IMG/VR virus record: IMGVR_UViG_3300017716_002595
Span: 32,001-96,000 of that record
Reading direction: 5' to 3' (one strand)
Source of the DNA: a virus
DNA: 64,000 nt
A program made the translations under genes and the position numbers. Shown here piece by piece: positions 28,427 to 37,441 of the stretch (position 1 is its first letter; every line of letters begins with the position of its first letter). The notes beneath the pieces were generated by a model. It was given only the letters and a program-made list of their open reading frames with translations, ran no database searches and had not been told where the DNA came from.

Positions 28427-29518
28427 ATGAAAAAATTACTTTTAGCTTTAAGTTTGGTTTTAGTATCATTAACAGGATTCGCACAAACTACAGCACCTGA
28501 TGCTACTAAGCCTTACTTAATCTTTGACGCTAGTTATAATCTAGCACCAATTGGAGCAACACCTACAAACGTTGCAATTTATTATGATAATGCTGGTTCT
28601 ACAGATATCAAAGCCGTACAGTACAGATTTTGGTATGACAAAAACGTATTTGATTCTCCAACAGTAACTTACACAGGAGCTGAAACAAACAACTATTTCC
28701 AAACATTAGTAAACGCTACTGAAGGAAATGTAACAGTTACATGGGTTTACACTGGAGCAAATGCTTCTTTCAACATCGCAGATGGAGAAATGTTCAACGT
28801 AGCTTTACCGTTCAAATCAGGTTACACCAATGGGACTGTAACCGCAATGGCATTTACAGGAGGAACAGCTTACCCAGCTTACGGTACTTTAGCAAATGGA
28901 ACTGATACAACATTAGGATTACAAAATTATGGTGGAGCATTTACAGAACCAGTATTTAACTATGCTGCTACATTCTTAAATTCGCCCACTAACCCAGCTG
29001 AAAATGTCCCAGTTATTTTACAAAAATCTTCAAATGGAACAACTTGGGTAGATGTAATAACTGTTAACACAGCAACTACAACAGGGGTAGCATCATTCAC
29101 AACTAACTTAGACCAAAACTACTGGCAAATTAGAGTAAAAGTAGCACCAGGTCTTACTGCACCAGATGCTTTATCTACAGCAGATGCTGACATGATGGCT
29201 CAACTTGCTACAGGATTACAAACACCAACTGGAATCCAATTCTATACTGCTAACCCTAACCAAGCAAATGGAATTACAATTTCAGATTCATATACATTAT
29301 TTTCAAGATTAGCTCAAGGTTTAACAACTTATCCAAACAATCCTGATGTATTATTCTTTACAGAAGCCCAATACACTCAAATTGCAGCTGCTTCAACAAG
29401 TTTATCAGCTACAATACCAGGAGTATCAACATTTACTTCAGCTAATATCAATAATACAACAGCTGCTAATTATTATTTATTAGTATTAGGAGACGCAAAC
29501 GGAACAGGACGTAATTAA
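28427..29518 (+). CDS. secreted cohesin + dockerin-like protein
   Basis: Signal peptide GFA|Q; cohesin-like IKAVQYRFWYDKNVF...DGEMFNV; dockerin-like STADA...ANPNQANGITISD and LGDANG. Confidence 0.65.
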   Translation: MKKLLLALSLVLVSLTGFAQTTAPDATKPYLIFDASYNLAPIGATPTNVAIYYDNAGSTDIKAVQYRFWYDKNVFDSPTVTYTGAETNNYFQTLVNATEGNVTVTWVYTGANASFNIADGEMFNVALPFKSGYTNGTVTAMAFTGGTAYPAYGTLANGTDTTLGLQNYGGAFTEPVFNYAATFLNSPTNPAENVPVILQKSSNGTTWVDVITVNTATTTGVASFTTNLDQNYWQIRVKVAPGLTAPDALSTADADMMAQLATGLQTPTGIQFYTANPNQANGITISDSYTLFSRLAQGLTTYPNNPDVLFFTEAQYTQIAAASTSLSATIPGVSTFTSANINNTTAANYYLLVLGDANGTGRN

Positions 29519-29519
29519 T

Positions 29520-30251
29520 ATGTTACGCTATATAATCATAGCACTGTTATCAATAAATTCACTATATTCTCAGGTACAATTTCAAGTACCTGGGATTACA
29601 GTGTCTCTATCTAATACTATTGATTTACCTGTAACAATTCAAACAAACGGGAATGTATTAGGGAGTTTAGAGTTTGCTTTAAATTATGATCAAAATATTC
29701 TACAATTCTCAGAAATAATCTTATCTGAAAAAGCACAAACCTGGTTAACCTATACAATGGATACCGGAAATGGAAAAGTAAGATGGGGAGGATATGATAG
29801 AACACATGGACAATATTCTATTACAAACCCTACAGAACTATTTATATTGAAGTTTACAGTACTTAATCCTAACTGGACTACAACTCCTATAACAGTAGGA
29901 AGAAAGACAGCGGGAGATGTACAAGGATGGGATATAGCTGTAACTAATACAGATGGGTATGTTAACATGAATAGAAATGCCGCTCCTTTAGATGAAGACG
30001 GTATTAATGGTAGAGCATATCCTGTACCTACAAATGATACTGTAACATTAGATTTATCTCTTCCTGTAAGTGGAGACTATAATATAATAGTCTATGACCT
30101 AAATGGTAATGTTTTACAAAACAAAAAACAACGTTTTGTAAAAGGAGATAATTTTATTCAAGAAAACTTACACCCTTACCCAAGTGGTGTCTATTTATTA
30201 CAAATAACAAATACTAAATTTGTAAAAACATTTAAAATTATAAAAAATTAA
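29520..30251 (+). CDS. secreted cohesin-domain protein with T9SS C-terminal sorting domain
   Basis: Signal LYS|Q; IDLPV...LGSLEFALNYDQNILQF...LFILKF; CTD YPVPTND...VYDLNG...SGVYLLQI...KTFKIIK. Confidence 0.8.
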   Translation: MLRYIIIALLSINSLYSQVQFQVPGITVSLSNTIDLPVTIQTNGNVLGSLEFALNYDQNILQFSEIILSEKAQTWLTYTMDTGNGKVRWGGYDRTHGQYSITNPTELFILKFTVLNPNWTTTPITVGRKTAGDVQGWDIAVTNTDGYVNMNRNAAPLDEDGINGRAYPVPTNDTVTLDLSLPVSGDYNIIVYDLNGNVLQNKKQRFVKGDNFIQENLHPYPSGVYLLQITNTKFVKTFKIIKN

Positions 30252-30254
30252 ACT

Positions 30255-30581
30255 ATGTCAGAAGAAACAAACAACGAAGGTGGATTATCAGGATTGAAAA
30301 AAACCATTATTGGAACTCTAACTACAGTAATCGGTGGAGCAGGTATTTGGGTATCAACAACTTTATTTGGAGGCCACCCAGAAGATAAGGAAGAACCAAA
30401 AACCGAAGTAGCAGCACCAGCTGCAGCGCCTGTTATTAATGTTAATTTGGAAAACAATAACACCAACCAACAAAAACAACAATCTAATAACTCTAATTCT
30501 AATAACGTAAAGCAACAACCAGTACCAGTACAAACAGCTCCTGCTCCTACTCCAGTTAAAAAAGAAGAAGAGTCATGGTAA
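30255..30581 (+). CDS. single-TM protein with Asn/Gln-rich and Pro-rich tail
   Basis: TIIGTLTTVIGGAGIWV TM segment; INVNLENNNTNQQKQQSNNSNSNN. Confidence 0.7.
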   Translation: MSEETNNEGGLSGLKKTIIGTLTTVIGGAGIWVSTTLFGGHPEDKEEPKTEVAAPAAAPVINVNLENNNTNQQKQQSNNSNSNNVKQQPVPVQTAPAPTPVKKEEESW

Positions 30582-31288
30582 AAAATATATTAGTATTTAT
30601 AACTTTATTTCTTAGTTTAGTATCCTATTCACAAAAAATAGGCTCTACTAAAACTGAGGAGTATAAGGCTGATTTTGAAAAGAAACAGTCTTTAGAAGTT
30701 GTATCTAATTATACCGATACTATTCAAATACCAATATCTGTATTAAAAATTGGTATTAATGCAGAATTATATGAAATGTATCCTGAATTAAAGGACGCTA
30801 GAGTAGGATTAGGTGTAGCTAACATAGTACTTGAATATTTAGAATCTACAGATAGATTTGTATTCACAGAAGATAAAGAAGAGATAAAACAAAAAATGAT
30901 TGCTCAACATAAAGCATCAGCCAAAGGAATCTCTTCAAATGAAATAGTTGTTAAAGGAAATGTAATTCTAGCAAAATACTTCGTTTACATAGAAGTATAT
31001 GATTTTAGTGTAGGTGAGGATGAAGAAATTGCAACTAACGGAATCGAAATAAAACAAAAAACAATATTAGGATTACAAGTAAGATTTGTGGATGCACAAA
31101 CTGGTGAAATAATTACTGGATCAGGATCTGGTGAAGCGGTTACAGTGAAGAAAGCTAATCTACTAGACGGAATCGACGATATAAAATTTAACCAATCAAC
31201 AATCGGAATATCTACCAAAAAGTCATTAGAAACTGCTTCTTCAAGAGTAGTAAGTAAAATGATTAAAAAGGGGATATTTCGTAGTTAA
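30575..31288 (+). CDS. CsgG/HfaB-like (curli transport fold) secreted protein
   Basis: Signal SYS|Q; GLGVANIVLEYL..TDRFVFTE, AKYFVYIEVYDF, LQVRFVDAQTGEII. Confidence 0.75.
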   Translation: MVKNILVFITLFLSLVSYSQKIGSTKTEEYKADFEKKQSLEVVSNYTDTIQIPISVLKIGINAELYEMYPELKDARVGLGVANIVLEYLESTDRFVFTEDKEEIKQKMIAQHKASAKGISSNEIVVKGNVILAKYFVYIEVYDFSVGEDEEIATNGIEIKQKTILGLQVRFVDAQTGEIITGSGSGEAVTVKKANLLDGIDDIKFNQSTIGISTKKSLETASSRVVSKMIKKGIFRS

Positions 31289-32706
31289 TGAAAAAATGGA
31301 TACTATTATTCTCACTATTTTCAGCCCTGACTTCTTGGAGTCAGTACACTTATACTTACAAAGACCCTTGCACTCTAGTATCAAAAAGTATTTACGTACC
31401 AGCTGGTGGAGGGGTAATGGTAAGTTACTTCGACAATCATAGCACTTTTACATCTAATGATTTTTCTTCGGGAGTATTTGACAACTGGTTAAATACAGTA
31501 TCTCAACAAAACACAAACTCACCTTGCGAATCTGTAACTACAGCTATTGTAAATGGTATAACTAACATTACCGTTGCTAATACTTTAACCATTGTTACAA
31601 ATGTAATATCTGTAACTAACATTGCACAATCAATAGCATCTGTAGGAGGATCTATGGGGGATTCTATGACAGCTACAGCAGGAGGAGTAACAAACTCTTC
31701 ACAAAATGAAGAAGGTAGTACTAACCAAAACTCAAAAGATGACAAAAAATCAAATTCAAATACATCTGCAGGAACGAATACAGGAACTGCTGGAACAAGC
31801 CCAACAGGTAACCAAAATCAAGGAGGCCAAACCAATCCTAATTCTTCTGGAGGAACACCTTCACAACCTCCATCAGGAACACCTCAACAAGGAGGAGAAA
31901 CTACAAATCCAAATCAACCAACTTCAACAGGAGGTTCAACGTCTGAGTCATCTGTAGAAGGATCAAGCGGTGGAGGAAGCAACTTAGCTAACTCTTTATC
32001 AAATGCTGTAGACGGTGGATCAGCAGATGGAGGGAGCACTTCTGGAGGTGGAGGTAAAAAATCTAATGCTGCTACAAAAAATGCAGGAAGTTTAATCGCT
32101 TCTGGAGATATAGTAGCAATAGCTAATACTGATCAAACTCAAAACTTTAGATTTGTAGGAAGTATAACTCATGCTAACACAAGAGGAACTAGGATTAAAG
32201 GAGTATTATTTAATTTCACATCAGGGGTTAATAACTTAAATGTTACTTTTTATAAATCTTGGGTTAATAAATCTAGAAAATTAAATACAGTAGGTGCTCA
32301 ATCCTTTATGATGGATTTCGATAAAAACTTCTTTAGTACAACTACAGTACTAGAATCATATAAAGTAAACAAAAAATTAACAGGTATGTTTGGTGTAAAC
32401 TTTACAGCAGGTAAAATGGGAGAAAGATCTCTATTAAATATGTCTGCCGTAGGAGGTGTTCATACTACTTTTAAAGTAAGTGATAGAGTTAGTACTAGTA
32501 TACTTATATTAGGAGTTTATTCTCCATTCACTCAATTCTATGAAGGTAAATGGTGGGATGCTGGGATATTAGCTGTACCGTTTAATTCCTGGGACATAAA
32601 AATAACAAAAACATTCAAGTTTAACGTAAGCTTTACAGGAGTATACCAAGTTGGTGAATCATTCCTAAACTATCAAGTACTCACAGGAGGTAAATTAAAT
32701 TTCTAA
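31288..32706 (+). CDS. secreted protein: Cys-pair N-domain, G/S/T/N/Q low-complexity linker, probable outer-membrane beta-barrel
   Basis: Signal SWS|Q; alternating amphipathic strands in the C-terminal half; ends YQVLTGGKLNF (terminal Phe, BAM-type signal). Confidence 0.65.
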   Translation: MKKWILLFSLFSALTSWSQYTYTYKDPCTLVSKSIYVPAGGGVMVSYFDNHSTFTSNDFSSGVFDNWLNTVSQQNTNSPCESVTTAIVNGITNITVANTLTIVTNVISVTNIAQSIASVGGSMGDSMTATAGGVTNSSQNEEGSTNQNSKDDKKSNSNTSAGTNTGTAGTSPTGNQNQGGQTNPNSSGGTPSQPPSGTPQQGGETTNPNQPTSTGGSTSESSVEGSSGGGSNLANSLSNAVDGGSADGGSTSGGGGKKSNAATKNAGSLIASGDIVAIANTDQTQNFRFVGSITHANTRGTRIKGVLFNFTSGVNNLNVTFYKSWVNKSRKLNTVGAQSFMMDFDKNFFSTTTVLESYKVNKKLTGMFGVNFTAGKMGERSLLNMSAVGGVHTTFKVSDRVSTSILILGVYSPFTQFYEGKWWDAGILAVPFNSWDIKITKTFKFNVSFTGVYQVGESFLNYQVLTGGKLNF

Positions 32707-32709
32707 TAT

Positions 32710-32778
32710 ATGAAAACATTAAATCAATTATTTGAAAAGTTCTACGATAAAATTTCTAATTTCCTTTTTGGAAAATAA
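32710..32778 (+). CDS. 22-aa amphipathic peptide
   Basis: MKTLNQLFEKFYDKISNFLFGK; fills the gap between two operon genes. Confidence 0.5.
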   Translation: MKTLNQLFEKFYDKISNFLFGK

Positions 32779-32791
32779 ATTATTAAACAAT

Positions 32792-33229
32792 ATGAAAAAA
32801 TTAATTTTTATTTTATTATTTCCTATTTTCATGTTTTCACAAGAGTGTTATACTGTTAAAGAAATAACTTCAAGTGCTCAAATCGAAGAAATGAGTCAAA
32901 AAAGAATTACATTTGGTATTAAACAAATGGCTGAAGAATTAATATCTGACAAATATTCTATATGTCAAGATGGTAATCCTGTTATTATTGATGTTTATTC
33001 TATAGAAGCGCCTTCTAAAGGAATGTCATTAGGGCCATTTGCTAAAAATAAAAAACAAACTATAGTAAAAATAAAAGTATTATTAGGTGATAAAGAATTA
33101 TTAGGTGAAGGATTAGCCGAAACATCAACACAATCTATGTTTTTAGATTTAAATGATGATAATTTACCATTCAATAAAACTTCATTTGCATCAGCTATCA
33201 AAAAAGCATTAGAATCAGCTTTAAATTAA
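32792..33229 (+). CDS. secreted protein, second CsgG/TolB-N-like fold (start 32792)
   Basis: MKKLIFILLFPIFMFS|Q; FGIKQMAEEL and G.G.AET...FNKTSFASAIKKALE, paralleling FNQSTIGISTKKSLE in 30575. Confidence 0.6.
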   Translation: MKKLIFILLFPIFMFSQECYTVKEITSSAQIEEMSQKRITFGIKQMAEELISDKYSICQDGNPVIIDVYSIEAPSKGMSLGPFAKNKKQTIVKIKVLLGDKELLGEGLAETSTQSMFLDLNDDNLPFNKTSFASAIKKALESALN

Positions 33230-33306
33230 TATTTATCGACAAATGTTATATAATTTGTTTTGAAAGTAGGTTATACAATTAATTAACTAACTTAAAAAAT
33301 TATTTT

Positions 33307-33549
33307 ATGGGATTTTTCAGTATTTTTAAAAAATCAAATGATTACAATGAAAAAGTTGTAATTGGATTCATGTCATTTATGGTAATGGTAATTGCTATTG
33401 TAGTAGACCTTGTAACAGGTTACATGGGTAAAGCATTAGAATTAAACGAGTACATCTTCGACGCATTTATGTACATTACATTAGGTTCATTCCTTCCAGA
33501 TGTATTAGAAAAATTTGCAGGATTTAAAAACGGTAAAAAAGAAGAATAA
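33307..33549 (+). CDS. putative holin (2 TM)
   Basis: Two hydrophobic helices and a charged C-terminus, directly upstream of the endolysin. Confidence 0.6.
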   Translation: MGFFSIFKKSNDYNEKVVIGFMSFMVMVIAIVVDLVTGYMGKALELNEYIFDAFMYITLGSFLPDVLEKFAGFKNGKKEE

Positions 33550-33551
33550 TT

Positions 33552-34163
33552 ATGAGCTTAAAAAGTTTACAAGCTAAAATAGGAGTAGCAGCAGACGGAG
33601 CATTCGGTCCTGGTACTATGAAAAAAGCAATGGAGTTTTATAAACTAACACCAGTTAGAGCAGCTCACTTCTTTGCACAAACCGCTCACGAAACAGGTGG
33701 TTATAAATTGTTTTCTGAAAACTTAAACTACTCAGCTCAAGGTCTTCAAGGTATATTCGGAAAATATTTTCCAGGTACTTTAGAAGAGTCTTATGCTAGA
33801 AATCCTGAAAAAATCGCAAACAGAGTTTACGCATCTAGGATGGGTAACGGTGATGAAAAATCAGGAGATGGTTGGAAATACAGAGGTAGAGGTGCTTTAC
33901 AATTAACTGGAAAAGATAATTATGCTGCATTCGCTAAGTATTTACAAAAACCAGAAATCATGACTAACCCTGATTTAGTAGCTACAGAATATTCATTTGA
34001 ATCAGCAATGTTCTTCTTTGATAAAAACAAATTGTGGGAGATATGCGACAAAGGAATTAACGATGCAGCTATATTAGCTCTTACAAAAAGAATTAACGGT
34101 GGTACTCACGGGTTAGAGGATAGAAACCAAAAAACTAAAAAATACTACGAATACGTTAAATAG
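33552..34163 (+). CDS. endolysin, glycoside hydrolase family 19 with peptidoglycan-binding N-terminus
   Basis: ADGAFGPGT; AHFFAQTAHETGG, ENLNYS, YRGRGALQLTGKDNY, TKRINGGTHGLEDR. Confidence 0.93.
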   Translation: MSLKSLQAKIGVAADGAFGPGTMKKAMEFYKLTPVRAAHFFAQTAHETGGYKLFSENLNYSAQGLQGIFGKYFPGTLEESYARNPEKIANRVYASRMGNGDEKSGDGWKYRGRGALQLTGKDNYAAFAKYLQKPEIMTNPDLVATEYSFESAMFFFDKNKLWEICDKGINDAAILALTKRINGGTHGLEDRNQKTKKYYEYVK

Positions 34164-34174
34164 TAAAACATAAG

Positions 34175-34591
34175 ATGAAAACTTCACTTTTAATTACATT
34201 ATCATTGACAACAGCTTGCGCATTTATAGGTTCATATTTTATGAATCTAACAGCAGATAACATAGAACAATACCTTTCGGTAGCATTTGTAATATTTGCT
34301 GACGGATTTTTCGGTGTTTGGGCTGGAATTAAAAGAGAGGGATTCCAAACTTGTAAAGCATTAAGTGTACTAAAAACATTTGTATTTTGGACAGTAATGC
34401 TTTCAGCTATATTAACAATAGAAAGAGGATTCACTGGAACATCATGGTTAAGTGAGACAATTATGGCTCCATTCTTGGTATTCCAGTTAATCTCTATTTT
34501 AAAAAATGCATCAATGGTAGGAGTAGTTAAAAACGAACTACTAACTCAAATTTTAGATAAACTAGATAAACATAAAGGAAAAAGACAATAA
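34175..34591 (+). CDS. phage holin family protein
   Basis: 3-4 TM segments; D.FFGVWAG..REGF, SILKNASMVG; follows the endolysin. Confidence 0.75.
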   Translation: MKTSLLITLSLTTACAFIGSYFMNLTADNIEQYLSVAFVIFADGFFGVWAGIKREGFQTCKALSVLKTFVFWTVMLSAILTIERGFTGTSWLSETIMAPFLVFQLISILKNASMVGVVKNELLTQILDKLDKHKGKRQ

Positions 34592-34614
34592 AGTCGTAAA
34601 AATAGAATAATATT

Positions 34615-34648
34615 AGGTTGGATAATTCCCAACCTTTTATTATCTTTA
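34615..34648 (+). promoter_or_regulatory. terminator hairpin overlapping a Bacteroidota-type promoter
   Basis: AGGTTGG-ATAATTC-CCAACCT-TTT; TTG(34618)-N20-TATCTTTA. Confidence 0.7.
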
Positions 34649-34663
34649 TAAAAATTTAAAGTT

Positions 34664-35437
34664 ATGAAAAGAATAGAAGATTATAACAAAACACTTCCCA
34701 TTGTAGAACTTTATACAGCTGTACAATCAGAAGGAAGTAGAGCAGGCTATCCAACGGTAGTAATCAGAACAACAGGCTGTACTCACAGATGTTGGTTTGG
34801 TGATGGTGGTTGGTGTGATTCTTGGTATACAAGTATTCATCCTGAGAAAGGACATATTAGTTTCCAAGACATTATTAACATGTATGATGCCAATCCTCAC
34901 ATCACAGAAATGATGTTAACTGGAGGATCACCTACAATGCACCCAGCATTAGTAAATGAACTAACACATTTTGCACATGAAAGAAAAATCTTCATTACAA
35001 TCGAAACTGAGGGCTCTCATTTTCTGGAGACTGACTATCCTATTAATTTACTTTCCATATCACCTAAGTTTAGTAACTCGGTTCCTAAAATCGGAGTACT
35101 TACACCTCAAGGAGCGGTTACGGATGAAAAAATGATCAAGCAACACAACAAGTTAAGACTTAACTATGATGCTATGTCTAAAATGATAGCTTATCATTCC
35201 GACTACCACTTAAAACCAGTATGGGATGGGGAAGATCAAGGAGCATTAGATGAAATTATGGGTTGTATTAAAGTATTAGATATACCGCAAGATAAAGTAT
35301 GGTTCATGCCAGCTGGTGATTCAAGAGAGGCTTTATTTAAATCATATCCTAAAATGTTTGATTGGGTGAGAGATAATGGTTATAGATTAACTTGGAGACC
35401 ACATATCATTGCGTTTGAAGATCAAAGAGAAGTATAA
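34664..35437 (+). CDS. queE: 7-carboxy-7-deazaguanine synthase (radical SAM)
   Basis: QSEG..AG.P.V.IR..GC.HRC...WCDS, LTGGSP, IETEG, SISPK. Confidence 0.9.
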   Translation: MKRIEDYNKTLPIVELYTAVQSEGSRAGYPTVVIRTTGCTHRCWFGDGGWCDSWYTSIHPEKGHISFQDIINMYDANPHITEMMLTGGSPTMHPALVNELTHFAHERKIFITIETEGSHFLETDYPINLLSISPKFSNSVPKIGVLTPQGAVTDEKMIKQHNKLRLNYDAMSKMIAYHSDYHLKPVWDGEDQGALDEIMGCIKVLDIPQDKVWFMPAGDSREALFKSYPKMFDWVRDNGYRLTWRPHIIAFEDQREV

Positions 35438-35443
35438 TATTAC

Positions 35444-35474
35444 TTGGATATTAAAATAAAATTTATTACATTTA
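35444..35474 (+). promoter_or_regulatory. Bacteroidota-type promoter
   Basis: TTG-N20-TACATTTA. Confidence 0.8.
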
Positions 35475-35501
35475 GTAAAGATAAAAAAACAACTTATTGT
35501 T

Positions 35502-36197
35502 ATGGAAAACAAACGACGAAAGAGTCACACTGATCTAGAAGTGGTACAAGTAGGATTTGCTAATGGTGTTGCACCTGGTTTCCCTTTTACCGATCAAGAA
35601 AAGGAAAAAATGATCGATGATGCTGAACAAGCATATGGTTTATTTTTAGATGCCTTAAAATGTGATTGGAGAAATGATCCAAATTCAATGGAAACTCCAC
35701 GACGTGTAGCTAAAGCTTACGTTCACGATTTATGGAAAGGTAGATATACTGCAATGTCTGAAATTACTTCATTTCCAAGTGATGGTTATGATGGTATTAT
35801 AATTGAAAGAAATATACCATTAACATCAATGTGCTCACATCACCATCAAACAATTGGAGGTGTAGTTCATATTGGTTATATCTCAGGAGAAAATGGTCAA
35901 GTAATTGGTTTATCTAAATTAAATCGTATTGTAGAATTATTTGGCCGTAGAGGAGCTATTCAAGAACAATTAACATCAGCTATTCATAATGCTGTGGATA
36001 AAATTACAGAAGGTAATTTAGGTGTTATTGTAACTATAGTAGGTACTCATAATTGTGTGTCTTGTAGAGGTGTTAAACATCAAGGTGCAGCAATGGTTAC
36101 TACTAAAGCAAGTGGTGCTTTTAGAGATGATGCCAATAATGCTCGTAAAGAGTTCTTTGATTCATTAAAGATTAATAATGGTGGACATAATATTTAA
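35502..36197 (+). CDS. folE: GTP cyclohydrolase I
   Basis: ETPRRVAK, SMCSHH, IGLSKLNR, IQEQLT, HNCVSCRGV. Confidence 0.95.
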   Translation: MENKRRKSHTDLEVVQVGFANGVAPGFPFTDQEKEKMIDDAEQAYGLFLDALKCDWRNDPNSMETPRRVAKAYVHDLWKGRYTAMSEITSFPSDGYDGIIIERNIPLTSMCSHHHQTIGGVVHIGYISGENGQVIGLSKLNRIVELFGRRGAIQEQLTSAIHNAVDKITEGNLGVIVTIVGTHNCVSCRGVKHQGAAMVTTKASGAFRDDANNARKEFFDSLKINNGGHNI

Positions 36198-36200
36198 GAT

Positions 36201-36599
36201 ATGTTAAAAGTAAGTAATAAAATATATTTAAGTTGGGATGATACTATTAATTTAGTTGATAAATTATGTGAAAAAATCATCACTGAACTTCCTAATATTG
36301 ATTCAATTTATGGTATTAAGCGCGGTGGGTTAATTCCTGCCGTAATGGTATCTCATAAATTAGGATTACCTTGGTCCGATGTAATGTTACCTAATACATT
36401 AGTTATAGATGATATTGCTGATACTGGATTAACATTAAAAAACAGCATTGGAGGTTATACAGCAGTATTACATTATAAACCTCACACTTCATGTCATATT
36501 CCTAATTTATGGGCATCTATACATGAAGGAGATGAATGGATTATTTATCCATGGGAAAGAAAAGATTCACAAACAATTCAAGATTACAAAAATTTATAA
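36201..36599 (+). CDS. purine phosphoribosyltransferase (Gpt-like)
   Basis: LSWD, RGGLIPA, LVIDDIADTG.T PRPP loop, WIIYPWE. Confidence 0.88.
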   Translation: MLKVSNKIYLSWDDTINLVDKLCEKIITELPNIDSIYGIKRGGLIPAVMVSHKLGLPWSDVMLPNTLVIDDIADTGLTLKNSIGGYTAVLHYKPHTSCHIPNLWASIHEGDEWIIYPWERKDSQTIQDYKNL

Positions 36600-36604
36600 T
36601 AGTT

Positions 36605-37129
36605 ATGATAACAGAACCAAAAGTACCTTTTATTGATGAGGTAGAAGAATTTAACGCCGTAATGGGCAAACCAAACAGTTATGAACCAAACATACCCCAA
36701 AGAAAAGAATGGGAATTTGTATATAATTTCATCCTTGAAGAACTTGAAGAATATAGAGAAGCTTGCGAAAGAGGAGACATCGTTGAGGTTTTGGACGCTC
36801 TTTGCGATATTACTTATGTTGCCACTGGGAACGGTACTATGCTACATGGCCTTAAGGATAAGATATGGCCAGCCTATCAAGAGGTTCAAGCGTCAAATTT
36901 ATCTAAAGCTTGCCAAACAGAAGAAGAAGCTAAAGCAACTGTCCTTCAAAGATCGAGTGAGCAAGGTGAGGAGTGTCATTACGAAAAAGTTGGGGAATAT
37001 TTTATTGTTTATAGAACAAGAGATAAAAAAGTAATGAAAAATGTAAATTACTTTAAACCTAACTTAAAACAATTCTTTACTGATAAAGAAATACAAAAAT
37101 CATATTTAAAACAAATTATTAACATTTAA
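36605..37129 (+). CDS. MazG-like / PRA-PH all-alpha NTP pyrophosphohydrolase
   Basis: V.EFN, EELEEY, EVLDALCDITYV, EVQASNLSK. Confidence 0.85.
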   Translation: MITEPKVPFIDEVEEFNAVMGKPNSYEPNIPQRKEWEFVYNFILEELEEYREACERGDIVEVLDALCDITYVATGNGTMLHGLKDKIWPAYQEVQASNLSKACQTEEEAKATVLQRSSEQGEECHYEKVGEYFIVYRTRDKKVMKNVNYFKPNLKQFFTDKEIQKSYLKQIINI

Positions 37130-37139
37130 ACAAATTATT

Positions 37140-37427
37140 ATGAACGGATTAGAAATTATTATTTTAATAGGATTGATAGTAGCTATGGCTGCTGGAGTAG
37201 GTTATTTTTTAACTAAAGGACAACCAACCTTAAAAGAAATGACAGAAGAACCAAAAGAAAAATTTCAACCAAGAAAAGTTATTCAACAAACTGCAACACG
37301 TCAAGTAAATGATGCTGTTAAAGAAGTAGTAGGCATCACAGAACCTGAGGTTAAAAAAGAAACAAAATCAGAGTTCCCTATTGACAAGCCAAAGAAAAAA
37401 AGAAAATATTATCCAAAGAAAAAATAA
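37140..37427 (+). CDS. single-TM protein with basic tail
   Basis: N-terminal TM segment; C-terminal KPKKKRKYYPKKK. Confidence 0.6.
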   Translation: MNGLEIIILIGLIVAMAAGVGYFLTKGQPTLKEMTEEPKEKFQPRKVIQQTATRQVNDAVKEVVGITEPEVKKETKSEFPIDKPKKKRKYYPKKK

Positions 37428-37441
37428 TATAAATTCTAGTT

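Noticed and set aside
30255-30581. True curlin (CsgA/CsgB) subunit
   Set aside because: N/Q-rich, but lacks repeated curlin Q-x-G-x-x-N units and has an uncleaved TM anchor
1409-37034. Alternative-frame + strand ORFs (1409, 15753, 31706, 36448, 36681) and extended starts (32732, 36536, 22210)
   Set aside because: Nested in or overlapping stronger genes; better starts with typical context exist downstream
37109-37140. Repeat AAACAAATTATTA x2 at a gene junction
   Set aside because: Low-complexity AT sequence; most likely a small local duplication
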